The notes under the pieces were generated by a model. That model searched no databases and was not told the origin of the DNA. It saw nothing but the letters and a program-made list of their open reading frames with translations. Both the position numbers and the translations under genes were made by a program. A stretch of DNA of 41,345 bases from Nostoc sp. DedSLP01 (lineage in GTDB: Bacteria; Cyanobacteriota; Cyanobacteriia; Cyanobacteriales; Nostocaceae): positions 1 to 41,345 of the forward strand of contig JAVRCJ020000055.1 in the NCBI GenBank assembly GCA_034530875.2, written 5' to 3'. Shown here one piece after another: positions 40,649 to 41,345 of the stretch (position 1 is its first letter; each line of letters opens with the position of its first letter).

Positions 40649-41345
40649 GTAAGGATTCAGGTGAGAGAGTATTGACAAAGGGGACAGTTGAGGTGGAGTA
40701 TCACAAATATGAACCAAAACGTGCCTCAAGAACTAGACAGAGAAAGTTTAAACCAGTTATCGAAGGAAGAACTGGTAGAAATAATTATTGAACAGAGCAA
40801 GGTAATACGTGAGTTACAAAAAATCATCATAGAGCTACAGCAAGAAGTAGAGCGTTTAAAAGTCAGTAGAGATTTAGACAGTTCTAATTCGTCGAAACCA
40901 CCATCACAAGACATTCACAAAAAAAGCGAAAACAAAAAAGTGCCTCCCCAAGAGGAATCAAACCCGCCGAAAAAGAAACCAGGTGGGCAGCCAGGACACC
41001 AAGGTAAGACTCGTAAAGGTTTTGGCAGAGTAGATCGCTATGAAATTTTACGTCCTACGGATTGTGTTTGCTGTGGTCACTCTTCATTTGCACCCCTAGC
41101 AGTAAAAGTAGAAAAACACACGGTAGCACAACTAGTAGAACGTCCCATAGAAATAGTTGAGTATCAACGCCATACCTGTATATGTGAGTGTTGTGGCAAT
41201 TTACAAACTTCCCCCTGGCCACAAGAAATTATTCCAGGACAAGATTTAGGAACGTCATTACAAGCATTTTTAGGGTGGGCAAATAATTATGCACATATAC
41301 CCTATGAGAAACAACAAGAAATGTTGTGGGAACTGGGGCAAATTG
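40649..41345 (+). mobile_element. IS66-family insertion sequence (single-ORF type), truncated by the window end; transposase starts at 40709
   Basis: Left end GTAAGGATTCAGGTG; ORF with leucine zipper, NSSKPPS, KKPGGQPGHQG and CxxC...CxCCG zinc finger, open to the edge. Confidence 0.9.

Overview
Chromosomal window from a cyanobacterium, most likely a heterocyst-forming Nostocales strain. This is inferred from frequent HIP1 GCGATCGC octamers, STRR heptamer repeats, SDR elements, ndhQ, pxcA and a cyanobacteriochrome. Core genes are glgA, hemC, ndhQ (missed by the ORF track) and argC. They are interspersed with signalling genes (a multi-PAS hybrid histidine kinase and a dual-GAF cyanobacteriochrome diguanylate cyclase), a GH63 glucosidase, and two PEP-synthase-like His-swivel phosphotransferases: a PlsY-like fusion and a Bacillota-like rifampin phosphotransferase. 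Mobile DNA includes IS630/IS701 remnants, MITEs/SDRs and an IS66 element cut by the window edge. The best candidate for an undescribed system is the same-strand cluster at about 24.2-30.7 kb: pxcA-like gene, GAP1-N-like membrane protein, translationally coupled membrane-anchored TRAFAC GTPase, PsiE-family protein, and a paralogous GAP1-N-like protein fused to a PstS-like domain. No rRNA, tRNA or CRISPR array was recognised. All family assignments come from motif recognition by eye, not from database searches.
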